A stretch of DNA of 60,992 nucleotides, filler included, from Sphacelaria rigidula (Eukaryota), in NCBI GenBank assembly GCA_964200075.2. It is 8 parts of 8 records of this genome, joined end to end, with 100 filler letters (N's around TTAATTAATTAA, not from the genome) between each part and the next. Parts side by side here need not be neighbours in the genome. Positions count along the whole stretch, not along the records: positions 7,638 to 15,174 come from CAXNAA020014448.1; positions 15,275 to 22,811 come from CAXNAA020014449.1; positions 22,912 to 30,448 come from CAXNAA020014450.1; 5 more parts are not named here. One strand, given 5' to 3'. Each line of letters starts with the position of its first letter. Within the stretch, counting starts at the first letter, position 1. Positions 12,505-24,330 of this stretch are shown piece after piece. The position numbers were made by a program, and so were the translations under genes. The notes beneath the pieces are model-generated. The model was not told the DNA's origin. It saw only the letters and a program-made list of their open reading frames with translations, and searched no databases.

Positions 12505-13215
12505 GGGTAGGGAGGGGCGTACTCATTTGTTGATTGCCTTGGTCGTTTGACCATTGACCACGCATCCCTTTCGAAACGGAGCACCGTTTCTACTTCTATT
12601 GTAGACGCCTCCGACATTTAGGTGCTCATTACGTTTCTCCCATCCCTTACACTCAAAAGTCTTTTACATATCTTATCCCCGTCCTGTTTGGCCGTCTGTG
12701 ACTACCATCTATCTCCGAGTATGGCCATCGTTTTGTCACTACTGTCTAATGCTTCAAACAATTCCATGCCACCTTCGTTTACTTCCCGCACTTTCCCCTC
12801 TAGCGCGTCCCATTCCTGCTTATATACTTCACATTCTGCCTCTACATGAGTTCTACTCGACAGTAAATTGCTTCACCGCAGGAGCAGTGCTGTGCATCTA
12901 CTTCCTCCTCCACTCGACTACTGGTGTACATCTTTCTTTCTCGGAGGTCCAGGTCCCCCACCTGGAATCGCAATTCAATTTTTTCCGCAGAGTCCATTGG
13001 GCCATACATATATGCTTTAATCCCTATCCCCTCTATCAACCCCCCGTGTCTCTTCAGGTGTTCTTCCGCGTCCACTTTGCGTCTGAGCGTTTCTTTTCAC
13101 CATACTTGTAAAATATCTCTTCCTTTTATCTTGTACCCGCCGCCTTCCCCTCTGGACATTAGAGAGTCTCAGGAAACGTTTTTTCAAATCGTAGAGTCGG
13201 AGTGGAAGAGAAAAT
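12505..13215 (-). mobile_element. 5'-truncated LINE fragment (ORF2 C-terminus and 3' end)
   Basis: Degenerate ...LRFQVGDLDLRERKMYTSSRVEEEVDAQHCSCGEAI... followed by the shared 3' end GGGATGCGTGGTCAATGGTC...GAGTAC-C-rich, also seen at 22940-23022, 30365-30448, 35822-35892 and 46050-46100. Confidence 0.7.
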
Positions 13216-15274
13216 AGCCGGTAACGGTGCACTTTCCGCTATGAAGTATTTTTCAGAGCGATATTCTCAGAGTGGGACCACTTCACTCTAAAAACCGTTG
13301 TTCCTCTTCAGAGTTCATAGCGGAGTGGAAAAAACAACGACCACCTTCACCACCATGGTCACGTCCAGTCCAAAGTGAATACACCCTAACAAGCAAAGTG
13401 GGGCATTCATCATCCACCAAAACCGCCATACAGTACTCATCACAATGGACCATTCACGAAGTAGAGAGACTTGACATCGGAATCAGATCTCCCTGACGCC
13501 GCCATGGTATCAGCATTCGCTTGGTTGTGTTACGTAAAAATTAGAATGCTCGGCGGGTACACGTTGCGCTGGGTGCAGTTCCTCACTCTTGTCAGCTTCA
13601 GCTGGAAGAAGACGGTGGGAACGATTCGCATCTACAGCGCACAAGCAATATTACACCTGGCTGTATTCCCATCCCGTGAGAAATCATAGCGGCTCGCACC
13701 ACCGGTACGGGTGGCATGTGGAAAAATCATCGCAATGCGGCCGAGGTCTGCTGTTTGAAAGTGCTACGTGCCGTACTGTCTGTACTACTGTCTGTATGAC
13801 TGACTCTCTGTACGGTATCGCTGTACAGTAGTTCACAGCATCGCAATGCACTGTTGTAGGGTTCTGTATTGCACTCTCTGTGCTGCACTGTACTCCACGC
13901 TGCACAGCACTACAGCACTGCAGTGTCCTGTTGTGCGCCGTAGTGGATTGAAGTACTGCAGTTGCAGTGAAAAAGCGTGGTGAATGGTGCGTACGATCCC
14001 GCGGTGTACGGTACAGTCAGTGGTGCGCCGGCCTATATACTTTCGAAGTGTTGTGGTCCCACCTATTGAAGTGGACACTGGTCGATCGTACATTTGGCGG
14101 GGCAACATGCGACCAATCACTGCGACCAAAAAAATGACGTCAAGCCACGTCACATCAGCTTCTATGTAGATTACAAAAGAGAAAGGAGTATGCATTTAGA
14201 TGCAGGCGCACAAGGTAACCCTACGATGAGTACAGCAAACCGTCACCAGCAGAGCAACCCACCTATTTTCCTTGATTTCCGAAACGATAACTACACGGAA
14301 GGACAATGAGCCCAACCCAACTTTGTTGGTAGTAGGTAATAATACGAGTATTCACCAATGGGACGGTTCTGTAAAAGCAGGGGAAAGTTGGGGGTCAAAA
14401 TTTCGTGTGTGTTTCAAGTGCAGATGATCGGGCATTTTCGTGCCGAGAAATACTACGATGCGCTGTTCAGGACCCCATTTGTGTTTTTCATGAGACTGAG
14501 GAGGAGTTGATAAGGCAGCACGGGTACAGGGTAGTCGAGAAGGCACAGAGAGCCCACGACATTCTACTCGAAAAAAATAGCCCCCGGCATGGTCGAACAT
14601 TTTGCGATGCTTTGTTCACCTAGTGAGTCGTGGGACTATTCCGTACAGTACTACACCGCTGCCCCCACTACAGGGAAAGCCCGCCTGGAACAACAGTGGA
14701 CAGGCCTAAAGATGTGACCAGGCAAGTCCCCTTTGATGTTTCTGAACAGGGCGAACTTCATTCGCCACAAAAGCCATCATTACGGTGATGTAATTTCGGA
14801 GTTTGATGCTAACAGGCACTATGCATGTAGACTGTCTCCAGAATACGAGATCTAGCGTGGAATTCTCCTCGGTATGTCAGAGATTGATACACAAACCCTG
14901 CACCGGACGGTGAAAACTACTCATGCTGAATTGGAACTGTCAAGGAGTAGGGTAGACTCCCAGAATAACCATGCTTTATCTGCCATAGGTCATGATGACT
15001 CCAACAGGGACGTATTGGCGACGCGACGTGGGACTCGGGGGGGCAGGAGAAACAATCACTGCCGGGAATGCGGTTCAAACCGCAATGGCCTCATTACTCA
15101 TACAAACAGCCGATCATCTATGTTGAGGATGGTGCTTTTCATTGAGGATGAGAACCCGGAGGATTAAAATCTTCNNNNNNNNNNNNNNNNNNNNNNNNNN
15201 NNNNNNNNNNNNNNNNNNTTAATTAATTAANNNNNNNNNNNNNNNNNNNNNNNNNNNNNNNNNNNNNNNNNNNN

Positions 15275-15345
15275 ACACTGTCGATCCTGAGGTATTTTGA
15301 ACTACGGCGCGGTCCTCTAAGCACGCGGTCCTCTCACGCATTACA
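15275..15345. mobile_element. Terminus of a TGTA...TACA telomere-repeat MITE (cut by the contig edge)
   Basis: GCGGTCCTCTAAGCACGCGGTCCTCTCACGCATTACA matches the TIR of the copies at 18280, 19961 and 21619. Confidence 0.8.
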
Positions 15346-15529
15346 ATAACAACGCGTCACGGAATCCAGGGTCTACGAGCAGACCCGCACAGCGTATATC
15401 TTGCAACGCCTCTGAGCTTCATCACACCACCGCCACTATACCCATTTACAACACCGACGTTCCCCCAAAACGCCACTGCCGCCACCACCGACACAATCGG
15501 CAAGACATTTTGATGCGTGGAATCGTCGG

Positions 15530-15635
15530 CGCCGGTGGAACGGAGCGGGGGGGCGATGCCGATAGGTTGGAGCAGGGAAGTGATGCCGGTGGAGTGGAGC
15601 AAGCATGAGGTGCCGGTTCGATGGAGCAGGGGGGT
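15530..15635. repeat. 27-bp tandem repeat, about 4 degenerate units
   Basis: GCCGGTGGAACGGAGCGGGGGGGCGAT / GCCGATAGGTTGGAGCAGGGAAGTGAT / GCCGGTGGAGTGGAGCAAGCATGAGGT / GCCGGTTCGATGGAGCAGGG. Confidence 0.75.
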
Positions 15636-15949
15636 GCGTGACCATGGAAGAATGCAGAAGCCGGAGATGTTTTTTTGGAGGGTAAAATACTCCGAATGTG
15701 GCCATGTCGAGGTTTTTATTTGTTGACTATTTCAGCTTGATGGTAGATTCATGCATGGATCCTTTGACTTTGAGTGAAAGCGCAGTAATGTTACTACTGT
15801 CTGACTGGAGTGATTTGGCTAGTGGGTATCAGATTTGCAACAGTAATTGGCATGCTTCACAAGGATCTGTTTGGGATTTGTTTGGGGTTATTTTGCGTAA
15901 AAATAGCTGGCTCGCTTCTAAACCGCGTGAAAATTCAGGCTCATGGCTT

Positions 15950-16340
15950 TGTTTGATCTTGCGTGGGGATGGCGGTAAGACACTTTACACTGTATCGTAC
16001 ATTTTACCACAAGTTCCATTTGAGTTTGATTGTTGTGATTCACTCTCGGTTTTCTAGTATCATCGAAATGGCAACATGGTTTGAATTTTGATCTTGCGTA
16101 GGGACGGCGGTATGACACTTTGTACTGTATCGTACATTTTGCCACAGTTCGATTTGAGTTCGATTGTAGTGATTCACTATCGGATTTCTAGTATCATCGA
16201 GACGCCACCATGATTTTAATTTTGATCTTGCGTGGGGATGGCGATATTACGCTTGGTACTAAATCGTACATTTTACCGTAGTCCGATTTGAGTTCGATTA
16301 AGGTCGTCTCGGGTTTTACTATCACCGAGATGACGACATC
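15950..16340. repeat. ~135-bp tandem repeat, 3 units
   Basis: TTTGATCTTGCGT(G/A)GGGA(T/C)GGCG...ATCGTACATTTT recurs at about 15952, 16087 and 16221. Confidence 0.85.
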
Positions 16341-17574
16341 GTGGAAATGTTTCTTTCATCTGAGTTTGATTTTCGACACGAAATTCAAGTATTTCTAACC
16401 ATGTGCTGTGGCAATGAAAAAGGTCAAAGGGTCGATCGATTCGACAACATTAACTTTTGATGGATGATGGCATAAGACAGATTATTTTTGGTTGATTCAA
16501 TTTATTGAACTTGGATCTTGGGATATACTTTCGTGATATATATTTTTGGAAAAACACGTCCCGATATTTGATACTTTATACTCCCGAAAATGTGGAGGTG
16601 ATCTGAGGTTAGGGGGACCTATAATTCAGGAGGTGATTTCTCTTGATAGTTTTGTTTTTTCCTTGCTGAGTCTTTGGTGCCTCACGGCATTTGTGTTGTG
16701 AAAAATGGTTTGATTTTATGGGATAGAGTCGAGATTTTTCTGTGTGATATGACCAGGGTTAAGCCTCGACAACGGAGGGTAATTGAATATTACAAGCTAA
16801 ACACTACTAGTGCATGTGTACGTGGAATAATTCGGGTACATACGAGGCAGATTGATGGTATCATGGGTACCGAATATCGTGTACGGTATCGGATATTATA
16901 TTATGACCGGATGTTTGACATATAAGAGAACGCACTGTGCGGTCATGCCCTCAAGGTTTCATTCTCGTTCAGTGCGTTTTGGTATTGCATTTCGGGGTGA
17001 GAGAGAGAGCAGCTCGGGTGGAGCTTGCACGGTTGATGTTTGGTGAGTGAAAGGGTATGCGAGATGAATAGAAGAAGTTACTACACATTCCCCTGTCCAG
17101 AGCAAGTCCTCTAAGACGCGCTCCCTTGATCAATTACGTTGTACAACAACAGTGTGTCCCGTCGCCCGCACACCCGCAAATAGGTCACACCAGCATACCC
17201 CAGCACCTCGGGTGTTGTGTGAGTGCTGCCTCGCTCTCAGGCGGGTATGCGTATACGAAGTGGGCGTGTTTCACTTTTGATTCGATTTTGTGCACTTGCG
17301 GCGCAACTTTGTGTGCCCTGAAAAAAAAGTTGTTCTATTTATTTTTCAAGAAAAACGACGGACGACAATAATGTCTGTCTGTAATATATTAACACGACAT
17401 ATGTGAGTCCTTGCACAGACATCTGAGACTTTTTTTATTCTCCCTTCGAAGGCATGCAACCTAATTCCCAAGTCTGTTTTCCCCATATCATTAGTCGCGT
17501 CATTTGGCTCAAATATCATGGGAGCCAATATATACACATATATATGTATGTTTCTGCCCGGCTTCAAACCCGTC

Positions 17575-17852
17575 CGTTTCTTCGGGACGAGGCCGTGGTC
17601 TCAAGGGATCATCCCATCTTTTCCCGGTACACTCCTTGCACATTTTGGCCTCGCGGATTGAACCCGTTCTCCCATACCACGTCGACTCTCGTCGAGGGAA
17701 CTCTTTTGGTTTCTGACGTCCTCACGCTTTCAGCAGCGGAAACCGATTGCTGTCAGCTAAAATACAAAGTTGGGCTATCTGGTGGGAATCGAACCCACAC
17801 TCTTTCCTACCCAATATTGTCAGTTGTACCGTGTAATCACTGGGGCGCGACA
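17575..17852 (-). mobile_element. tRNA-derived SINE family B copy
   Basis: Minus-strand head GTCGCGCCCCAGTG...GGGTTCGATTCCC (B-box); body shared with the 2695 and 59050 copies. Confidence 0.7.
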
Positions 17853-18279
17853 GCTCTTGCGCGCGAAATCTATGTGTACGTATGACAGAAATGTATAGGC
17901 GTAAACATATCAACGCCAGTCGGGAACCCGATTAGGCTAGACTGCAGGAAAATGCATAATTGGGTACATAGTTTGGAAGACCGCGGTATTACCGTCCTGA
18001 GCGTTTGTGTTCGACTCCACCGTAGTGCTGCGTGTATGGGTATATCTAGGACTCGAGGCCTCAAAACCTTGAAATTTTAACAGAATATCCTCATGCGGTG
18101 GACCGGGTACTCCGTTCACGCTGCTGCTGATGAAACACGGAATACAACCGGTTTGGTCTACATTTTCTCTTGCACTGAGCGTTCAGTATAGCCGCCTTGT
18201 TCTTCCTTACAAGATTTCTTCTCTCCTGTCGAGGATCAGGGTGAATATTTGCTGAAATTTTACGCTCCAGAAAGAATGG

Positions 18280-18490
18280 TGTAATGTGTGAGAGGACCGC
18301 GTGCTTAGAGGACCGCGCCGTAGTTTAAAATACCTCAGGATCGACGGTATTCGAAACAAATCGGGTCAGTCCCTGCAGGTACCACGCCCCTGACCCTAAC
18401 CCCAACACTAACCCTAATCCTAACCCTAACCATAGGAACGTTCAAATTCTGATGTGGTCCCCCTAGTACGCGGTCCTCTCACGCACTACA
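18280..18490. mobile_element. Ginger-like MITE with internal (CCCTAA)n
   Basis: TIRs TGTAATGTGTGAGAGGACCGCGTGCT...AGTACGCGGTCCTCTCACGCACTACA; internal CCCTAACCCCAACACTAACCCTAATCCTAACCCTAA. No TSD is preserved in this copy. Confidence 0.75.
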
Positions 18491-19960
18491 GTTATTGTTG
18501 GGTACTCATTTGCTCGGGAAATGATGAGGTGTGAGACGAAAAAACCGTCCGAAGGCAGAAAGGATCTTGTTTGTTGGGTTTTCATTTGCTATATATATGA
18601 AAGCAAGAAACGGACACTCAAAAAAGGAGGACGATAAATAAAATCCAGCTCATAAGTCTTATGTCAGCCGTAGAGCCATGGTGCGATATAACGGGGGCGG
18701 GGGGGGCGGGGGGGAGGGTTCTGCGACGGCAAGGGCTCTTAGGTGTGCCAGACGACCTGGCACACTCGCGGTGCGCTTGTATTGGGATTAAAACGGTATT
18801 CAACGAAATGACCCTTGCGTTATTTGTCGGTAACAAGCGTGTTCGAACAACCGTTGCTGCTTTCAACCACCGAAGAATAAACTGGGGAATGAAAATGAGA
18901 GAATATTTTGACAGGAAATACAAGAACAGAATGGCCGCCAGGCAAATATCCAGTGCCGCTTCCGACGAAAAACACTCGGTAGGCTCCTGCCGCATAACTT
19001 CAGGTAAGGAGGAGGCCATAGAGAGGTGAAACGCGAACACAACATAATAACGTATAGCTAGATGGCCGTGGAAGCCGGTCGACTCTCGGGAAATTGGGGA
19101 CTGCTCTATTCGGAGAGGACTCTCAACCGCGAGCTCTACACGAGGGGCAAGACGAAAACACTCAGTTTCACACAAATATAATAAAACAATAAATGAAGAA
19201 GCGAAACAAAATAAGAGAAGGAGGAGGAGGAGAAGGAGGAGGAGAAGGAGGAGACCGAGGAACGAGCAAGAAGAGGGGGGAAAGGACAAGGGAAGCAAAA
19301 GGAAAGAGGCAGGAGAAATGAAGGGAATTCAGAATCGAAGGAGGACCACGTGCCATAACGCGGCTAGGACAGATCGCTATACTTGCAGGTCAAGGACAGC
19401 AGCTAACAACCGGTGGGACAACAAAAATATGGATACGTTTCTGTGCTACCCCCGGCCTCCCCCGCACATTTTTAGTCAGGGCTAAGGCCAGCTTCTCGCT
19501 GGAACACTTCCGCCCTGGATTCCTTGCGGGCGGTTTCTGCTGTTGTCATGCCAGTGATGACGGCTCTCCTGTAGGCGGCTCTTGGTGTAACCTCTTCCTT
19601 ATATCGATGTACGAACTGGAAGAGGGCTTTGTATCACCACGCCTTCTCGAAGGCGTCCGCGATGAACACAAAATGACTGCTCTCCACCGTCCGGCTTCGC
19701 ATTCTGAACAATGACCCGCTGTTTTGATTCCCATCAGCTGCGAACCACGCTGAAAACAAATGTTGTCGTCAATAAAATACCAGCAAGATAATCGTATGAT
19801 CACCCGCTCTGGGTGTTGGTGATCCGCCGTGTAATGCATGAGAGGACCGCGTGCTTATGCAACAACACCGGCGTTTCAACACCTTTATGGTTATGGTTAT
19901 GGTTAGGGTTAGGGTTAGTGTTGGGGTTATGATCACGGGCGTGGTCCCTGCAGGGACTGG

Positions 19961-20170
19961 TGTAGTGCGTGAGAGGACCGCGTGCTTAAAGTGCCGCACC
20001 GGAATTCCATCACCCCCATGTTTGGGTTAGGGTTAGGGTTGGGGTTGGGGTTGGGGTCAGGGGCGTGGTCCCTGCAGGGATTGCCCTGATTGGTGTTGAA
20101 AAACATCGATCCTCAGGTGTTTTGAGCTACGGTGCCGTCCTTTAAGCTCGCGGTCCTCTCATGCATTACA
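19961..20170. mobile_element. Ginger-like MITE with TTAGGG/TTGGGG repeats, 4-bp TSD CTGG
   Basis: CTGG|TGTAGTGCGTGAGAGGACCGCG...GCGGTCCTCTCATGCATTACA|CTGG. Confidence 0.85.
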
Positions 20171-20235
20171 CTGGCGCAATTGGTTTAGAAAAATGTTGGT
20201 ACTGAGGTGTTTTGAAAGACGATGCGGTCCCCTAA

Positions 20236-21307
20236 GGGCCCTCCTCAACGAAGGGGATTATCCCCCTTTTCACAATTCCCTTTTGACAGGGGACTGACCC
20301 CAGAACGACCAGTCCCGAGTCCTACCGACAAGCAGTTTTGTACAAACTGGAACCCACACACGCGGCCATTCGGCTACACCCCAAAATGCCTCCGGAGGGA
20401 TGCGCTGCCCTCCAGGGGGAAAACAAGCCTCCGGAGGCCTTCAATCCCTCTGGAGGAAACCAAAAAATAACCTCTGGAGGACCGCGCACCCCTCCGGAGA
20501 CGTTTAGTTCCTCTGGAGGCTCGAAAAGTGTACCCACCTGGAGGAAGTTTGGAGGTAGCCAAATGGCCGCGTTTGCAGATCTGCACACAGATTGAGGAAT
20601 GCGGCAGGTCTGAAAGTGGTCGTTAGTCCAAGCACGCTCAAGGTCTGTATATTGCTGCAGACAAAACACAACAAGGCAACACAATACCTACACACCCAGC
20701 CCCGAAAAAAGACGCACAGATACTCACCACTCACGCGCGGTAGTTTCACTGCTAGACCTTGCTAGTCAACACATGGCAGTCTTTGTTTAACAGAACTCCG
20801 TTCTGCATTGGACGAATGGCGGCCGCATGCGTGTCAAGAACAACCGAAAACGGGTCGTTGCTGACCGTTTTGTAAGCGTGTGCTGCACGCGCGTCTCACA
20901 CAAATAATCGTTTTTCACTGAATTCTGAACAGATTTGAGCAAGGCCACGCACAACGTGCACCGCTGATGAGCAGCAAGGGCTCGAGCCGTGTGTTTCTGG
21001 TGTGCGGGGCCACCAAGTTCCTCAGGTTCAGCTCTGATTGTGTTGGGCTGTGTGGTCAGCCTTTGCATGTTGCCCCTGTCAACCGGACACCACGTATGTT
21101 CCCGTTCGAGGTGTCCGGAAATCCCTTTTTGAAAAGGGGATTTCAGGAAGTATTTTTGCACTTCCTGAAATCCACTCTCCAGAGGGGATTTCTGCGGACG
21201 TGGACGAGATGTTTTTGGTGGGGTGGTATCGCAGCGACCAATCACTGGTCGTTTTTGAAAAAGGAGATTTTGAAAAAGGGGATTATCCCCTTCGTTAAGA
21301 AGGGCTC
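20236..21307. mobile_element. Non-autonomous PIF/Harbinger-like element (~1.07 kb), TSD TAA
   Basis: TAA|GGGCCCTCCTCAACGAAGGGGATTATCCCC...GGGGATTATCCCCTTCGTTAAGAAGGGCTC|TAA. Removing it restores the host TIR GCGGTCCCCTAAGCACACG. Repeated CCTC(C/T)GGAGG motifs lie at 20388-20555. Confidence 0.85.
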
Positions 21308-21618
21308 TAAGCACACGATCCTCTCACGCGTTACACCCTGGGCCAACGGAAACACTCGATCCGCACCACGACTGGAAATGTTCTTTATTGTTTGCCATAC
21401 ACAGTGGAGTCAAGTTCAGACGCATTGGTCGCCAAACTCCACGGTGCAACAAACACGCGGTCCAAGTACGGACCATCACCGTCTCACGTTCTGGGGACTT
21501 ACGATCCCAGGTGCTCGCCAGCTTGCGTAGGATACGCTTTTGCTCAAATCGGCGCAATTTAAGCCCCATTGAAGCGCAGTTTGCCTTGACACCATCTGGG
21601 CGTTTCTTCCCCGAGAGG

Positions 21619-21822
21619 TGTAGTGCGTGAGAGGACCGCGTGCTTAAAGGACCGCATCGGAATTTGAACATCCCTATGGATACTGTTGGGGTTAGTGTTG
21701 GGGTTAGGGTCAGGGGCGTGGTACTTGCAGGGACTGGCCCGATTGGTTTTGAAAACACCGGTCCTGAGGTATTTTGAACTACGGCGTGGTCCTCTAAGCA
21801 CGCGGTCCTTTCACGCATTACA
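21619..21822. mobile_element. Ginger-like MITE with telomere-like repeats, 4-bp TSD GAGG
   Basis: GAGG|TGTAGTGCGTGAGAGGACCGCGTGCT...AGCACGCGGTCCTTTCACGCATTACA|GAGG; internal TTGGGGTTAGTGTTGGGGTTAGGGTCAGGGG. Confidence 0.85.
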
Positions 21823-23569
21823 GAGGTTCCGGCACGCCTTAGGTTCGGACTAGGGTTACGTTAAGGATGAGGGTTGCGACCAGTGTTGAGGGTGCCGGGT
21901 GGTTTTTCAGATCCCGCGCGGGTATCCATCCGGAATATCTAAGGTTCAGATACCAGGTCGCATCGCTGTCGTTCAGTGTTTGTACTGTGACTTACAACGG
22001 CAGTCAACAGGATCCCAACTTTGCTTGTGCTGTACTTCGTTCCACTCCTGACGTTCGATCATCCCACCCTTTGTCGTCCCGATCCCACACGTACGTACCA
22101 ACAAACGCCGATTGCTTGTAAATCGACCGTACACCACAAGAGGTGACTCGGTTTGCCCAGTCGACCATCGCCGTCGTCGTCGCTCTTGATCAGTCGGTAC
22201 GGTGACATCATCCCTGATCCGCAGCATGGTTTTGCTGACCACAACAAATACCTAGCAGAATTGCCAGCTCGGTCATCAGCACCATCAGCCCTAGAACCGA
22301 CAGGGCTCGCCTCTCCGCTCCTAGCTTCAAACTTGTCGCGCAACAGCTCAAGGATCCCGCCGCCGCTGCTACCCTCGCCGTCGGCGTGCTGCATACCAGA
22401 ACAGCAGTCGTGTGTTGAGGGGGGTTGTTCGTCATCCTCGATTGGTTATGTCATTGGTAATTATGACATCGTGATCGGACACAAATATAATGTGTTATGT
22501 GCATGCGTGTGCATGCGTGTGGGTGTGTGGTTTGGTGGCGCGCGTCCCTGGTGTGGAAACGTTATTTTAGACATACAAAGAGGTTATGCCGCGGAAGGGC
22601 ACAAAACATTCATCAAGCTTAAATTGTAAGGAGCGCTTGATCTCAAACGAAAAGCGATTTCTAAAATAGGTGAGAGCACGCCACGGTCGACATTCCAATG
22701 CGCTGAGGACAACTCGAGTGGATTTGAAAACAGAAATAACAGCAAATTGTGAGAATTGAGGTTTAACTCTGAATTGAGGCTTAAGTGGGCAACCCAACTT
22801 GCGAACTGTTTNNNNNNNNNNNNNNNNNNNNNNNNNNNNNNNNNNNNNNNNNNNNTTAATTAATTAANNNNNNNNNNNNNNNNNNNNNNNNNNNNNNNNN
22901 NNNNNNNNNNNTATCTCTGTTGTCTTGCACCCCCCGTACCATGTTGCTCCGTCTCGAAAGGGATGCGTGGTCAATGGTCGAACGACTTAGGCAAGCGACA
23001 GATGAGTACCCCTCCCCCCCCCGGAATGGTAGGATCACTCGAGAAACAACGGTGGCAAGAGACCAAATCCCGAAGATCTTTTGGTCTTTACACAAGGCAG
23101 GAGTCGAGCCGAGATGACACGATGTATTCCCGGAGATATCCTGCATTCGTTTTCGAAAAAGGAACAGCCAAATGCCATACTAGGAGCCCGGGATGCCGAG
23201 TTTGAGATACCCTCAAAGATCCTCAGTCTTCCCCGTTACTGTTAGCCCGTGCTGCGTATTGCGGTGCTGCACCGATACGGCATGGAAGGGGATTCCGACA
23301 TGGCCTCGAAGCAATAGGTCATGTTTTCGTGGTCAGATTACTGGGCCGGTATACATGCGGGCACAAGACGCACGATATTGATATCACGCCATGATGGCAA
23401 ACCGTTGCGCCCCCCCTCCCCTCCCCCCAAACACGACCACCCTGGTGGAGATCGCTTCCAAACCATCGTGGTAGCCTCGATAAGCATCAGAGCAGTTTTG
23501 CACAGTAATGCAAATTCACTCTTCGATCGTTATGTCTGACCTCGCTCATCCTCAGAAAAGAGTCCATCT

Positions 23570-24330
23570 TCAATTTGTAAAATCCTGTATTTGCTCCTCC
23601 GTACCCGTGCGCAAAGATGGTGACCTATCGTTTGAGTTATATTTGGCGTATATCATTTGCAAATCGTTCCCATTTGTTTCGTGGTGCGTATTTGGAATGT
23701 GGAGAGGAACAGAGGGTGTAAGAACGCCTTCATCGACTCTGACCAAGTCACGAGGTTTTGCCACGCTTGCGTGAGGCATCTTTAACCTTCCAGGCAGGGA
23801 ATATATTCGAATATAATACAAAATGTGGGCGAGCTCGGGCTTGTCGAACATATTCTTCCACCCTCTACATCTACTCGGACTAAGGGATGCGGACTGCCCA
23901 CGTCCGCATTCATACACATCATAAACGTTTAAGTGGCCGTTGTCAAACCCGAGCTTGATGTGTGTTTCAAATTGGATGTCGTACAGGTCGTCAGCTCACA
24001 TGTAAATGGTTATCACTTCAAGCTTGCTTAATTCCCATATGCAGACGGTTGGCTTCCCCGGGGCGACAGACACGCCAATCTGGTTAGTAAGACCATGCCG
24101 ACAAAATCGAGTCTTAAATTTGTTTTTTACCGACTGCGTTGAATATATCACAAGGAGGCACGATCTTGTATCTCATAACTTCGTCAAGGTCGTTATTGGT
24201 GCCGAGTTATACTGTTCCGACACTTTTTGTTCTGTTTCATTCCTCTCAAGTATTTCTTGACCGTTTGAACGCTCTGATATTCTGTTGCGGGATGTCGTCC
24301 GCTGACAGTTCCGCGAGTTTTCAGAGGATA
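23570..24330 (-). pseudogene. Degenerate KRBA2/SCAND3-like (Ginger2/TDD-type) integrase N-terminal region
   Basis: Stop- and frameshift-interrupted translation: EYQSVQTVKKYLRGMKQNKK...RSYEIQ...ITIYM*ADDLYDIQFETHIKLG...WKNM...ILYYIRI...K...SVAKP. This parallels the recalled KRBA2/SCAND3 pattern 'YYV..EELFDILHETH..IGHGG...Y.NI....I.LYL......VVKP'. Confidence 0.45.

Larger units (their letters stand above)
19830..21335. mobile_element. Older copy of the Ginger-like telomere-repeat MITE, split by two nested insertions
   Basis: Left TIR TGTAATGCATGAGAGGACCGCGTGCT at 19830, (TTATGG/TTAGGG)n at ~19885-19929, middle segment 20171-20235, right end GCACACGATCCTCTCACGCGTTACA at 21311-21335. Confidence 0.75.

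Noticed and set aside
18390..18432. True telomere or chromosome end
   Set aside because: A short degenerate tract enclosed by MITE TIRs in mid-contig.
18618..19298. 226-aa ORF with a poly-Leu 'transmembrane' segment
   Set aside because: The poly-Leu run comes from a (GGA/AGA)n tract, and the rest has no recognisable domain.
22140..22390. Exon-like GC-rich stretches on the minus strand
   Set aside because: AG/GT-bounded candidates exist but encode nothing recognisable and could not be joined into a gene.
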